From contig MU008198.1 of NCBI GenBank assembly GCA_010909165.1, positions 186,001 through 250,000 on the forward strand: 64,000 bases of DNA. The letters are read 5' to 3'. The notes below the pieces were generated by a model that saw only the letters and a program-made list of their open reading frames with translations, did no database searches and was not told the origin of the DNA. Shown one piece after another: positions 39,777 through 53,286 of this stretch; positions within the stretch are counted from its first letter, which is position 1; each line of letters starts with the position of its first letter. This stretch comes from Anthoceros angustus (taxonomy: Eukaryota; Plantae; Anthocerotophyta). The position numbers were made by a program, and so were the translations under genes.

Positions 39777-40412
39777 TCAAGGACAGAAGGGATCACAGCC
39801 ACACCGCTCGGTGTCCAATTTCTCATCGGTGCATTTGCCATTGCAGCAGTAAGTAGTGAGGCAGAAGTTGCCGCAGGTGCCGCAATTTAGCAAATCTGTC
39901 TGCGTGTCGGTGCATGCCTGGGAGCAGCAGCTGCTGTTCTTGCCGCAAGAATGTTGGCAAGCCCCGCAGTGGTGATTGTCGTAGCCGAAGTCCACGCATT
40001 TCCCTCCGCAGCACGCGCCGTAGGGATTGATCGTTGCGGCGCACTGGTTTCCGCAAGCTCCACAATTTGTCTCGTCGATGGTCACGTTGGTGCAGCTCCC
40101 TCCACAAAACCGCTCGCCTCTGGGACACTGCATTTCACGGGTTAACGGCGTTGTATGAGCTTTCTGGAACCTTCAACAAAGCTTGGCAATGCCTGAACCT
40201 CGGCAAGCTCGGCAATGCTTCAATCCGGGATGTCACTGCTGAAATATACCTACCGGAGAAGGAGGGGGTGGCGGCGGCGGCGGGTGGTTATGGTGCACTG
40301 GAGGCGTCGGATAACTCTTGACTCGCTCGGTGGCTTTCGCCGATGCTGAACAAGATGACAGAACGATGGAGAACAGGAGCAGCAAGCCGGTGGGCCATGG
40401 AGATCGAGCCAT
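39777..40412 (-). CDS. STIG1-like (stigma-specific 1/GRIM REAPER family) secreted cysteine-rich protein; exons 40412-40254 and 40163-39777
   Basis: Signal peptide MARSPWPTGLLLLFSIVLSSCSASA, a poly-Pro linker and a 90-nt GT-AG intron. These are followed by three C...C.D...D..NCG.CG..C units (DETNCGACGNQC, DNHHCGACQHSC, DLLNCGTCGNFC). Confidence 0.85.
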
Positions 40413-42022
40413 CGAAGTGAAGAGGAAGAAAGCCGTCCGAAGCTGGGCCACAATTGCTGCGCGTGAGGAAGCTGGTGTGTTTGTACCCGGGCGGCTGAGT
40501 GTAGCTGCGATGAAATTGGGAGCCCCATATATAAGCCTCCGATCGGATTGTGGAGGAGGGATTGGGGGGAAGAGAAGCTGGCTGTGAGAAGAAAGAGGTA
40601 GTGGCAACGTACTGGAATGCTAGCTGGCTGTTGAAGCTTCCCATGCAGCAGAGACAGTGCAGGGCAGAGCAGAGGAAGGAGAAGGGACAGAACCCCTGGG
40701 GGCACGTGGATCAAGACATTGTCCCTTGTCCCAGCCTGCTTGTCCAAGGAAGGAGTGGAGGTTTTTTCAGACGTACCACATCACCCAACCCTTCCCTTCC
40801 CACTGCTCCCCAATGCGAACGTTCCACCAGGTCTGGATCTGGCAGGTACCCTGGACGTTGAATGGGTCCCATGATTCAAGACTTCACCGGCGCTGGCTGT
40901 GCCTACCATACTGAGATTAATCAAGCATCCGGCATTATTGTACTGTACCTATGCTTGTGGAGGACGACGCGACCTGTCCATCCTGATTGCCATCAAAATG
41001 CAAATAATACCAAGCATGATAAGGATTGGATTGGCGGGACACTGGGAGTCCGGAGAGCCACACGCAATTGCGCTTTCAGTTGTCAAGATCGGTCCCGTGT
41101 GCCTGCAAAATGTGGGCAACTTGATGACTCTGGTGCAAGGTTGGTGCACTCACCGAGGTCATCTGAGATGCAGCCTGGAAATGGGGCCCTGGGGTCACCA
41201 GGATACAACTTACAACACCCGAGCTCGGTTCGGTTTGACAGCTTGTCCAACAAGCAGAAGCAGAAGGCATGCCTTCTCCACAGCCTGATGGAGATGGCTT
41301 CGCATTGCCATCACACCAAACCCTGACGCCGCGGCCCCACTATGTACTGCATACCCTATCCTCCACAGGACAGCCCACAGTCGCTTGGGCAAGCGTGAAA
41401 GCAAGGCATGGCAGTGGGCCCAAGCAGCACTTCCAGCCAAAGGAGGCCGGCCTTTTATTAAGCTGCTGCAGACCTTCCGCAAAGCAAAGCACGACAGCGG
41501 CACCGCCAGGAAAATCATTGACTGGTGGCCACCAGAGAAACTCTGGCCTCAGTGCCTGCAACACGCTTGCCGACAAGGAAGTGCTCCTCTGTCCTATGTA
41601 GTCAACTGCGTTAAGGTGGAGGCGGAGTTTTCAACTTTTTTTTGTCTCCGACACCTGCTCATCAAAAAGAAAACACACCCACGTACCATACACCCAGGAG
41701 ACAAGGTCTGTAATCCTCTCAGAGTTTCGAAAAGCATGACAGTCACAGTCAACTAAGGACTCTCAAGTCTCTGATCAGATGATGACCTCCAGCGCCAGGT
41801 AGACCAGCGATGGGGGTAGTTGCACAGTCCAGGGGAATTGATCTGTCAATAATGTGACAAGAAGATAAAATACAGCTTTCTCTATCCCTGACACCAGCTA
41901 GTAATGTACAATCTCAGATATCCATGGTGAACCCATTCAAGATTAGCAAAACTAACACCTGCATCAACCTATTGAGAGCATTCACACACTTTACATTCCA
42001 CATGATGGCACCTTATGGGCCA

Positions 42023-45000
42023 TCAGTCGTCACTCCTATCCCGGCTCATCAGAAGTTCTACATCAGACAGCTCAAGCTCATGATCATAGACGTCTGAGTT
42101 TTGATCAAAATTTGCTATGTCCAGCTTCTCCATGCTGAACCCTGAACCCAGCTCATCGAAGAGCCCTCCTGGGTTCTGAAGGGCCACATGCAAAGAGGAA
42201 GGTGCCTTTGGAATCTTCTCCTGGCCTTCAAGCATTTCCAACACAAACCTCATCCGAGGCCTCAGTTTTGGACTCTCCTGTATGCACCACAGAGCAATGT
42301 GAATAAGTTTCTCAGCCTGTTCCTGATCGAATAAACCTTCCAGCCTGGCGTCAACCAGGTCCATGTGTTTGTCGAGTTCCACTTGCTCAGATGCCCACGC
42401 AGGGAAGAATGCCTTGCTAGAATCGAATGCAACTTCCAGGTTTCGCCGTCCACTGATGATCTCCAGAAGAACCATGCCATAGCTGTACACATCCATGGCA
42501 GCTGTTGCAGCTGCATGAAGGAGCAGCTCAGGAGCCTGGTAGGCTCCCCCTTTTCGACTTGAAATGCTGCCACATGAGCTCTCACCCTTCAAGTTAGAGA
42601 GGCCGAAACCTGATACTTTTGGAGTAAAATCCACTTCAAGCAAAATATTTTCTGGTCTGATATCAAGATGAAGAACTTGCTCACCACAACCCTCATGAAG
42701 ATGAAGCAGCCCACGGGCAATGCCTAAACAGATATTGAAACGCACATTCCAAGGTAATACAGGGACTAGTTTCACCTGCATAGCCTCCCTCTGCTCAGAT
42801 GTGCTGTCCAGATGATCCAGGACAGCAACTTCGTGACGTCTCCAAAACAGCCAAGAATCAAGAGAACCATTTGGAACCAGTTCATAGACTAGCAGCAAGT
42901 GAACACCTTCCTGGCAGAAACCTCGAAGCCGGACTAGATTATAATGCTGAATACCAGCAATGGTGGCAACTAGACCTCGGACCTCTTTGACAGCATGGTG
43001 CTCCAACTCTAACTGTTTCACTGCAACCTTGCTCCCATCAGTCAGCACCCCTTCAAACACTGATGAGCCTAGCTTCCGACCAAAATTGCCCGTAGCAGCT
43101 TTCAGCTCCTTGTAAGAGAGTTTTGGAGGCAATCCTGCACGAGCAGCCAAAAGCATATCCTCTTTGGATGCTTTATAGAGCCTCAATCTCCTTTTGTGGA
43201 AAAGGTAAAGAGCTAGAACAAAAATGAGAATGAGAAGAACAAAAACACCACTGGAAATCACGCCTGCCAGTTTCGTAACTGTACGATGAGATGAAGCCAG
43301 CCCAGCAGGAGGGCTTGCTTGCAGCATAATACCAGGAACATGAACTTTGAAGAAAGCACTGAACAGCACTGACTGATTTCCTTCAGAGGAGGTATTTCTC
43401 AAACCATAAGTAAGCTCAGGAGTGTAATAGCAGCTAGTTTCCCCGACAGTTCTTGAAGAGCTGTAAGCTTGAGTTGTGACGAATACGGCCCGGCAGGAGC
43501 AATTCTGCAGACAAGTTTGCTTGCAAAACTCCATAGTCACATTCCTGTCTCTACGTCCTGTGAAGTGGCTGTTTCCAACTGTGAAATACGCAACTCCATT
43601 CACTTCTAGAAGTGTCTGCTGATTGGACATGCTACAGTCACCCAGCGGCCTTGACAGGGTACATCCCGATTGGGGCACTGAAGAGTTAACGAACTGGAAG
43701 AAACTATCTGAAGAATATGAACTATTGTGAGGACAGCTGCAAGCCCCAGCTGAGCACACTCCATAAGGTCCACATTGGTCCGGGAGGAAACAGCTAGAAT
43801 CATCTACAACAGCACTGAGCAAATCACTACCAGCTGGAGAATTCCATGTCATAGCTGTTCTACCCACTCGGGGTTGGTACTGACGTAAATCTCCATCAGG
43901 ATCTAGCTTGAGATAGCACCCAATAACAGGTGCAATACATGGAACGAAGGGAGAACCAAATGAATCAAGACTCAATGCAGCACGGGTATCCATAGTAAGA
44001 TGGGAGATGTTACAGCGAGACACATTCCAGTGCTCACGTAGCACCAAGGAGTTATTTTGGGAATAGACAGCACCAATGTCGATCAGGCTGAAGCAATCAG
44101 AACCACTTGGTAGGAGGTACTGGTTCCTACTGACGTTGATACCAGTGAAGAACCGCAAAACGCCTGGCCTCCCACCAAAACCAGGACCAAAATATGGCTG
44201 CAATCCGTCGAATGGGCTGCTTGCATATAGGTAAACGCCATCAGGATCGACCACCAGTGAGTACTTGCCTGGGGACCTATCAGAGGACGACACACTACTG
44301 ACCAAGCGGGATCCCACGGAGAGAGTCTGTCCAGGCATTAAAACATCTGTGGGCAGATTAAAGCTCTGCCATACTCTACCATCGCGTGAGTTCAGAACCA
44401 AGTTTCCAGAGGGAAGCAACTCCATCCCAGTTACACCTTGTCGAGCTGATGTCACACATGGCAACAAGTCATGCTTCAGTGCGCATTATCTCAGAAGTTC
44501 AATCGCAGACGAAAGATTATTGCAACCCCGCTGCTAGCTCTACATGGCACCTGAAACCCCTTTTCTAAAACCCTAATCAGACAAAGCCTTACCGGTATTT
44601 GAAGCCCAAGCTTGTCGGCCATCAAAATCGTAGAGAACAAGGTTACCATCCAGTCCCAACTGCAGTAATGCACCGTCCGCTACGAGCAGGTCTCTATTGG
44701 CCGACCAGATGACGCTAGCCGCTCCCTGAACAATTCGATGATGCTTGGAGTAATTTTGGAGTGCAAGCACTGAGAACGTGAATCTGGAGTAATCTGGGGG
44801 AAGGGTGGCCACAAATCCAAGCGTATAGTTAAGGGACCCATCTGCATTGACAACACGATATTTGCCGTCGAGCTCTCCCACAGCTGTCGGCAAAGTGCCA
44901 TTATTTCTCCACGAGAAGCCAAGTGGGATTCGGAGGGAAGAGGCCAAACTTAGCAAACTCAGGAAGAGGGCGGCGAAAAACAGCACAACGTGAATGACTT

Positions 45001-45034
45001 CTTGATTGGTTCGTGCACAGCAATGATGCAACAT
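42023..45034 (-). CDS. G-type lectin S-domain receptor-like kinase (SD-2-like), probable pseudokinase; exons 45034-44593 and 44445-42023
   Basis: Signal peptide; bulb lectin (IWSANRD..LQLGLDGNLVLYD..AWASNT, GNLVL..WQSFNLPTD); EGF-like (CGPYGVC); PAN (CKQTCLQNCSC); TM; kinase domain (VAVK, HYNLVRLRGFC, ALWCIQE..RP). A 147-nt phase-1 intron joins the two ORFs. Confidence 0.92.
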
Positions 45035-47516
45035 GGTCTCTCTTGCATGTAAGGAACTTCCGAAAGTGGTTCCCTACATGTAGAGAAACCTACTCCTGAA
45101 GCATCCTGTCAGAGCCCAGTCCCTCCAGCTGGATCCTGCTCCACAGTAATAATCTTGATTGCAGCAGCCTTCTCTCAGAACCCACAATGCACCTGTAACC
45201 TTCTGCACATTCTTGGCTAGCGTACAGGACTTTCACGTATACATATTGAACCCGAATCCCAGTTCCCAGTGCTCAGTCTTCGACTCCCGGCAGCCGAGCA
45301 GTGTCGAGGACCAAGGAGGTGGACACCTAGTCTTTCTGAACCTCCACAGTGTCCACACTTCCGTGGCAACACGAGTTTCAAGGCCTTCGGCACGAAAGTA
45401 CGCGTCCAAAGGGACTTCCACCGGCACTGACCTGCTGAAGCTCCAGCAATGCTACACGGACTACAAATTGAGACGCATGGCAGAAAAAGTACGGATCCTA
45501 ATTGTAACACAATCAGCAGCTCGGCTGCTTGTTTTGCTTCAGGAAGGGGAGTGGAGAAAGAGCTAGGCAACAACACAACCCAGAAAGAAAACAAGAGCCC
45601 TCTAGATCTAAGACAGGCAAGGCAAGGTCATTGACCACCTTCGCCTCTCACCAAATTGGACGATTCTGCAGAAGAATGACAAGCAAGGTGAAGGGCCACG
45701 AGAGTCGGTGGCGAGGAAACTACGAAGATAAGAGGAAGGAGCTGTGATGAACGCTATCAACCCGGCCTCGCAGTTGCCAGACTGCACATTGTTGAAGGGG
45801 AGGAGGCCGAGCAGAGGAGGCCGAGCAGCCGAATGATGGAAAAAGGCATGTGGCAGGGCCAATTGCAGACCAAGAGAGGGAATCGGTGGGAGGCAAGCCA
45901 CTATTCTATGCATTTGTGTGAGTTATTATACAGCGCTGCAGATGGGCAGCCGAGCAGAGCAGCGGGTGGTGGGCGACAGAGAAGGGCGTCAGAGGCGTGC
46001 CAGTGTCAGCCCGTTGTCAGTGCTTCTTGTCCGTTTGTTGTTGGGTTAGGTGAGCTCTGGTCTGTTACAATCCCTGTTTAACGTACAGCTTATTACAGAC
46101 ATATCACCCGACATTCGGCATTGCGTTCGGTCTGGATTTCGGATAAGGATCCTTTAACTGCTGATTTGAAGGCACCTGGTCTGCTGTGACAACGTGATTA
46201 CACATCAAACCCATGTTGGGCGGGACATTTGATGAAATTCAAATGATGCATAACGATTCGGCATAGGTCCTGGAGAGGAGAAGGAGAAGTCTATTATAGT
46301 CCACTTGGACGGAATTTTTTTTGTCATAGGACTTCGTACTTAACCCCACAACGCCTCGCCTTTTTTTCAGCCATTTTGGGTGAATAATTTTTTTCTATAA
46401 CTAATTCCACAAAACTTAATACGCATTGCTCTTGCAACCACAAATGCCACCGCACTAGATCTACACTCCCATGCTTCGAAAAATAGAAACCAACCAGGTC
46501 TTTCCCCCACCAATTTCCAACCACCTTTGCCCAAAGCTGCCATGGCCGACGCGGGAAAGCATCTTCCTCGCGTCTCAGTTTGTACTGCTCCGATGGTTGA
46601 GCAAAGTTAGTCAGTGCTGGATCGATGCACACTCTACGGGCTCCCAAAAAAACTAGGCACCTCGGCTGCTTCTAGGGCCATCAAAAACTTTTTCCAATCC
46701 AAAAATGCAGGTGCCCAAGGCAACCACACTACACAAAACCAAATTTACCCCACATAACCGTGAGTAGTGAAACATGCCTGCCAGCAGGCTTCTACGCTAC
46801 CATTTGTCGCCTGCCGCAAGTTCCAAATCCGCATATTACACTTGATCCCGATCACGATCTCTGGCCGGTGATCATGGAGATTGACACCAAGCGGTGTTGC
46901 AAGGTAAAAAACGGGCAGATTCAGAGACGGAGGACGTGGGTGTTTGCCAACAAGTGAGGAAGAAAAACGCTTCAGGACTCGTGGGTGAGGCGAATTTGCA
47001 AGCATCTTTCCACATTTCTACGTGTAGTGAGCAATCCAGGGCATTGGTTTTTCACATGTAAAATTCAGCATGGCGACCAGGCACTCAGCATAGTTTGCTC
47101 AAGTGTCTTGAGCCTTGAAACCTCCCAAAAACAATTCACGGTGCTCCAACAAAAGGCAAACGACTCAAATTGCATCGATTTGCCCATCGGGGGTCAACAA
47201 CTTGTACCATGGTGTTCCTAAGCTACTTGAACCAAGCCACTCACTCCTCTATGTACCCCATCTAAATACTGATCCAAGTGCAGAATGCTTAACAGCTGAG
47301 TTTTTTATAAGAACAAATCAAGAAATGATCCGGATGACACAAAACCATAAAAAATGTATGATCTTCTCCTATTTATACGTTCTACTAACTTATTTTATGC
47401 TTAATTTAATTTATACCATTTAGTTTCAACCATTTTGTAACTTAATGCTATCGGGATTATATACTACCAAAAGTAGCCCTAAATCCGGGAATCGCACAAA
47501 TTATGCTGGTCGTGGA

Positions 47517-47660
47517 TTAGGGTTTGGTTAAATTAACCTTCGGCTTCGAGAATCGAGGGGAATATGTCGGATGAGGGTTAGGGTTTGGTTAAAGTAACCT
47601 TGGGGTTCGGGATTCGCAGGGAATATGTTGGCTTGAGGTTTAGGGTTTAGGTAAAGTCCT
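47517..47660 (+). repeat. ~61-bp tandem repeat (2.3 copies), each unit starting with telobox-like TTAGGGTTT, followed by (GAA)n
   Basis: ttagggtttggttaaa.taacctt.gg.ttcg...attcg..gggaatatgt.gg at 47517 and 47578, with a partial copy at 47640. A GAA run follows at ~47701-47723. Confidence 0.75.
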
Positions 47661-49879
47661 ATTATCACCGATATCCAAGGAAGGAAAAGGCTATAAATGC
47701 AAGAAGAAGAAGAAGAAGAAGAATTGCAAGAATAATGTGCTAATTCACCAAGACATATTTGGGGTTTGAGCTCCATTCCCACTAGAGCGAAAACAGGATG
47801 GAAGAAAATCACACGGGCGATATCGCGGCGTTTCACATCGCAGCCAAGGGAGAGACTTTATGTATGGAAAACCCATCTTTATAGTAAATGTTGTTGTCAA
47901 TCTCACTGTTCATAGCTTGTTAGCAATTCACCGGTCATCCTACGTCTCTTTTTCCCATTGAAGGATAGGGTGCATTTCACCATCCGGGGGCTCTGCAATC
48001 CTCTCGTTAGTGTTTTTTGGAATCAAACTGAAGCCACTGTGGTTCATGTTGAACGTAAAGTCGCGGCCTCGTCTGGGACCTCGACGCGCTCATTCAATTT
48101 TTTTTCGGGATGGAGAAGGTAAATTGAAGACAGAGAATTGAACCAATGGGTCATTTTTTTGCTAAGTAGGGTAGAATTTATAACAATAGAGTAGAAAATA
48201 TACACTGATGGATGAAAATATTTCACCATCAATATCAATATCAAAACCAGAACAGGAGGGTAGAAAAAATGGGCAACCAGGTGAATACCAGGTAAATCTA
48301 AATACAATGGTAGATTACAATCTTGCACAGTAGAAGATCATTCACTAGTAATCGCACCACAATTTTCATGACCATTTTCACAATCGCACCACAATTTTCA
48401 CTAGTAATTTTCATGATCACTTGGTTTGACTGACACAATTTGTCCAACATTATCATAGTTGGCCAGAAGTTGATAAAGCTAAGGGCTTCGAAGAAATTCT
48501 TCACCTTCCTGTAAGGTAACAACCTAATCAAACACAAATATTAGTTTTCGCTTTGCTGAAAAGTAATTAGCAACAAAAATCGAGGATAGGATTAAGATCA
48601 CTTACTAATCTAGACGGTTTTTCGTGGATGGGGATGGAAGCCCTGAAGCCCCAATGTCAATCTTTTGCTTATGTTGCCTTTCCCACTACAGTCTTCGCAT
48701 TTTCTGTTGCTCTTTCTACTATTTTATGAGTTTTTCTTGATGTTTGAAGTGCTCTTGCCTCCTTTCCACATTTTTTCGCCTTTCGATCTCCAGAGCTTTC
48801 TCTCTTTGCTTAGACACTCGCAGTTCAACAGCTTTGCACCTATGCCGCTCAATCAATACCTCTAAATCTTTTTACCATTGAAGCTCCCTCTTCTGTTTCT
48901 CTCTATCATACTCCAACTCCCGTTCTCGGGAGATCTCAGCAAGACGTTGCTGAAACCTGCTTGAATTTCCATTCTCAGTCCCATGCTGCACTACCATATC
49001 CAGAGCTACAGGCGATGTTGCCACATTCCTGTCCTGTTGCACTTCTGATGTCTCATCACAATGACTTGGCACAACAGCCTTCAACTGATCGGCCACTGCA
49101 TCTACAACACGAATCAGGACACCATCAATGTTGAAATGTGGAACTGTAAGGCTACTCAAACTGGTGGCTGGAATTGCATCTTTAATGGTTGGGTTCGAAA
49201 TCTGCTAGCAAATACATAATCAGACCAACTCCAAAAAAAATGGGAAGGATGGAACAATCAAGCCACAACACTTAACTTTTTCAACATGTTGAAGTTGAAT
49301 GAAAGATCCTGTGGATGGTCTGCTGTTGTTGATATGGAGATCCTGAATACTACTTTCAAGCACTTTACCAGCATCCATGGCTCGAAAGTCCGGCACCTGC
49401 TAGTAAGAACCAAAATAAGGCTTAAAACAGCCCAAGCAGAGGAACCGGAATATAACAGACAAACTTGCCTTATTAACAACCTCAACTTCAGAACACCAGG
49501 TCCCACGTAGAGGAAAATTTGAAACTAGTTCACTGCTGACGTTTAAATGCAGTCTGTTTTCATGATGGATATCAGGGGTAGCAACAAATAGAGGGACCTG
49601 ACAAGATAAAGCTAGAGGAGTCAAAGAACACATTCCAGAGAGAAAAACATTCCAGAGACGTCATTCTGGACAAACACTCCATAAACTTATCAAAAGCTTA
49701 CATTCTCAACGCCTTGCGCTTGCAAGCGACATTGAGCGCAAGCCTGTATATAACTCACAACATCAATACATTTTTGAAGAACAAATAGATTTTCCTCATG
49801 CAAGGATGCACTTACATCTTCGGGCTGACTAACAAATACTACTTCTGGGGTCACATTGAGGACAGTTGATGGAAGCACA

Positions 49880-52000
49880 CCCCGTAGATCATCCTACATC
49901 CAACTAAGTTCTTCATTGAGCAACTCCTTGTAAGATCTTCGTTCACCAGGAACTAGAACCCTTGCTGCAGCCGCCTGTTTTGCTTGCCCCGAACGGTCAT
50001 TTCTGCAAAGTCCACAAATTGTGAGGATAGGAAAGTGAGACAATGGCATCAACAAGTCAACGGCATCACGGTCCCCAACAAATCACCTTGAAAATCCAGC
50101 ATCAGTTTTGTGGCCAGTGACACTTCTGCTAGCATTAGAGGGCACCTGAGCCATTGACAGACGTGTAATCATTGTTACATGACAGCTCTTGTTGGTATAA
50201 TACCCATCAAGAACAGCTGCTTTTATCATAGTCTTCATAAATCTTGAGAGCATTCCTTTAGAAACCCGGAGTTTTGCATACCAAGCCTGATCAAAGAAGA
50301 AAATTACAGTTAGTACATTCAATAGCACAAATGCTCATAACCTAACCAACACAAACTTACATTAGATCTTGGATTATCAATAGAAGAATTGAAGAGAAAC
50401 CTTTAGATAGAAAGATTCTTATCATTCGCAGCCAACTTTGGGGAGTGATCAATGACGGCTTTGAATATTTCAATAACGTCCATCTCATAGTTTTTTACTT
50501 TTGGACGGAAATGCTCGCTTTGGTAATTACACATATCAACTTTGTAATTTTTTGATAAACGTTCTTCGTATCTGTGACAGCAAAACGCATGTCAACATAA
50601 GGCAAATATTACAACACAACAAAAATAATAACAAACATACTGTACAAATTGCCCGCCAGAATCTGACGAGAATGAAAAGTCCCTGATCAAAAGGTTGTGC
50701 AACTTCTCTCCGCCACGAACTCCAGAACGATTCATGCAGAAATACGCACACTTGTTGAGACAATTTTGTGAACATCAAAAAACAATCGACAAGGCAAACA
50801 TTGCTATAAAATACAACCCAAGATACAACAACAAGAAAGAAGAACCTTTTCTGGGCTCCACGCCCAAAAGAACATTGGTGGTCTCCATGGGATAGTATGC
50901 GCCGCTCATCATCATCAGATATCAGCTTGACCTCCTTTCGACATGAAACAATACCTTGCAAGGTTCTTGCTTATTTTCATGGAGGCAACAAGAGTAGCCA
51001 GCGCCCCATGAAATATGCCATGAAATATATTGATAACACGAACATCAGAACCCAGATGGCTCTGGTCCAACACACATTTCCTGGTCAGAATTCGATTGAA
51101 CCCTCGAAAAAAGGACATCAACCTGCACACAAAACAAAAGTCAAAAGCTTGTAACACAAAAAATACCGAATGGGAGGGACAGAAAATTACGTTTCTGGAG
51201 AGAATCTAGCGTTGTTATTTAAATTCCGCACTTGATGGAAAAATGGAATCAGAATGAGGTTAAGGTCCCTTTGGGGGATGTCCTCTATCACTCTGTCCCA
51301 ACCCCTGACACCACTAACTTTCATGAAGGCCTTTAGCTCCACTTCGCACCAATTATTTTGACGCTTGACTTATACTCAAACAGTACATTACGAAGGGGTT
51401 TCTCTGTCAAAGGGGTTTTGGAAAAATCCCAACCCTATTCCGCCAAAACCGGTTGGGCTGGTTTTGTTGGGTTTTGTAGGTGTTGATCCATCGGATTCGG
51501 GCATTCTCGGCTCGGGACCACTTCTCGGTCGAATTCGAACCCTCGAAAAAGGACATCAACCGCACACAAAACAAAAGTCAAAAGCTTGTAACACAAAAAT
51601 ACCGAATGGGAGGGATGAAAATTACGCTCGGAGAGAATCTAGCGTTGTTATTTAAATTCCGCACTTGATGGAAAAATGGAATCAGAATGAGGTTAAGGTC
51701 CCTTTGGGGGATGTCCTCTATCACTCTGTCCCAACCCCTGACACCACTAACTTTCATGAAGGCCTTTAGTCGACTTCGGCACCAATTATTTTGACGTTTG
51801 GACTTATACTCAAACAGCGTCTGTTCTGAAAGGGGTTTCTCCTGTCAAAAGGGGTTTTGGAAAAAATCCCAACCCTATTCCGCCAAAACCCGAAGTTGGG
51901 CTGGTTTTTGTTGGGTTTTGTAGGTGTTGATCCATCGGATTCGGGCATTCTCGGCCCGGACCACTTCCTCATCGGTCATTTTCCACCGATGGCGCCTTGC
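49880..52000 (-). pseudogene. Crypton/DUF3504-type tyrosine recombinase gene with spliceosomal introns (degenerate)
   Basis: Manual splicing gives IEDIPQRDLNLILIPFFHQVRNLNNNARFSPET|LMSFFRGFNRIL..INIF..LVASMK..GIVSCRKEVKLISDDDERRIL..GRGAQKR|..FCMNRSGVRGGEKLHNLLIRDF..GGQFV|YEERLSKNY..|WYAKLRVSKGMLSRFMK..GYYTNKSCHVTMITRLSMAQVP..VTGHKTDAGFSR|NDRS. This follows the order of Crypton YR motifs (R of GxRGG, SKN, TNHSxR, TGH, Y). Confidence 0.75.
51090..51968. repeat. ~440-bp tandem duplication within the YR gene (real or an assembly artefact)
   Basis: aaccctcgaaaaaggacatcaacc...ggaccacttc occurs twice (from ~51099 and ~51538), differing mainly by small indels. Confidence 0.85.
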
Positions 52001-53033
52001 ACTCGTGTGCATGGATACTTTGTCGGTGTGATGAAGGGCCAAATTCTTCCATAATTTCGGCATGTCGAGTTTCTTCAATTTGTGTGGTTCTATATGTTTT
52101 GTATACCAAGTGGGGCTAGGCGCATAAGTGCGCTAAACAAGGTATGCAAACTTGTGCGCGACAAGGCAAAACTAGTCGAAATACATCATTCGGAGGAAAT
52201 ATGTCTTCTTGGAGGTGCTGGATGTGGCGGAAGCCAGGGCGACATAAGAAGTTGCACAAATCGGACGTCCACATAGACAAGTCTCATCTATCTACCCTAT
52301 GCCCTAAAGCTACAAGAATACCCTATCACCTTTCTATCCTCTACGGTGTTTAGTCTCCTTGACGGTGACCTTGTCGGATCATCATCAAACATGCCTTCAA
52401 AAGCAGTGGCCGTCCGGTTCCGTTGCCTCTGCCGGGTTCTTGTCGCGATTGGTGCCGAATCGAAGTCGGATGTCTCGCATCACCCGGTAGCGAACTACAC
52501 CACCCTTATTTGGATTTTCGTCCAAATCATCATTTTCCTCCAATGCATCTCCTCGAACTTGGTGGTCATGTTATCTTCAACCCACCTTCTTCCACGGTGG
52601 TAGATGTTGAAGTTCGAAGCTTTGTCTTGATAAGCTCGTACGGACTTGTAGAGTGCTATCCCTTGCAAAGCGAGAACCCGTATGCCAAAATAAATGTCTC
52701 CGATATCAACGATCCGGTGCTTGGGTCGCTTCCTCCGTTGTCGCAAACCCTCTCTATCATTGTGTGGAGCCAATATCTCCTCGTAGGTACCTTCCTCAAA
52801 CGCATTGCTATTCTCTCACCCACCTTTGGACAACTAGGTAAGGTTCGTCACATAAGAAATCCAAGTCTTCCATACGCAATCCGAAGGCTGACGATCGTCA
52901 TCTCACATGGGATGCAATCATATGGCCTCGTCGATCTCGGACATCTCCATCGAATCTCGCCAACTCGATGGTCGCTCCCGGTGGCCTAAAATTCCGACAT
53001 ACATGTGGCCGGTTGCGGGGTTCGCGAATCGGA

Positions 53034-53286
53034 GCCGAATGACAAAGACATCTGGAACGTCGATGGGATTTAAGTTCCTCGCCTTCCTGTACCACTCCCA
53101 TGCTTTTGAAGATCTCGATGGACTCCTCCTCGATTTTGTCGCAAATATCGATCGTGATGCCGAATGACAAAGACATCCGAACGTCGATGGGATTTAAGTT
53201 CCGCTCGCCCCCGTTGTACCACTCCCATGCTTTTGAAGATCTCGATGGACTCCTCCGATTTTGTCGCAAATATCGATCGTGATGCC
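53034..53286. repeat. ~126-bp tandem duplication
   Basis: gccgaatgacaaagacatc..gaacgtcgatgggatttaagttcc...gcaaatatcgatcgtgatgcc occurs twice. Confidence 0.85.

Noticed and set aside
40650-41760. Short ORFs between the STIG1-like gene and the receptor kinase
   Set aside because: No recognisable motifs or consistent splice model.
47517-47660. Possible CRISPR-like array (also considered for 58455-58920)
   Set aside because: The units are tandem with no unique spacers, there are no cas genes, and the context is eukaryotic.
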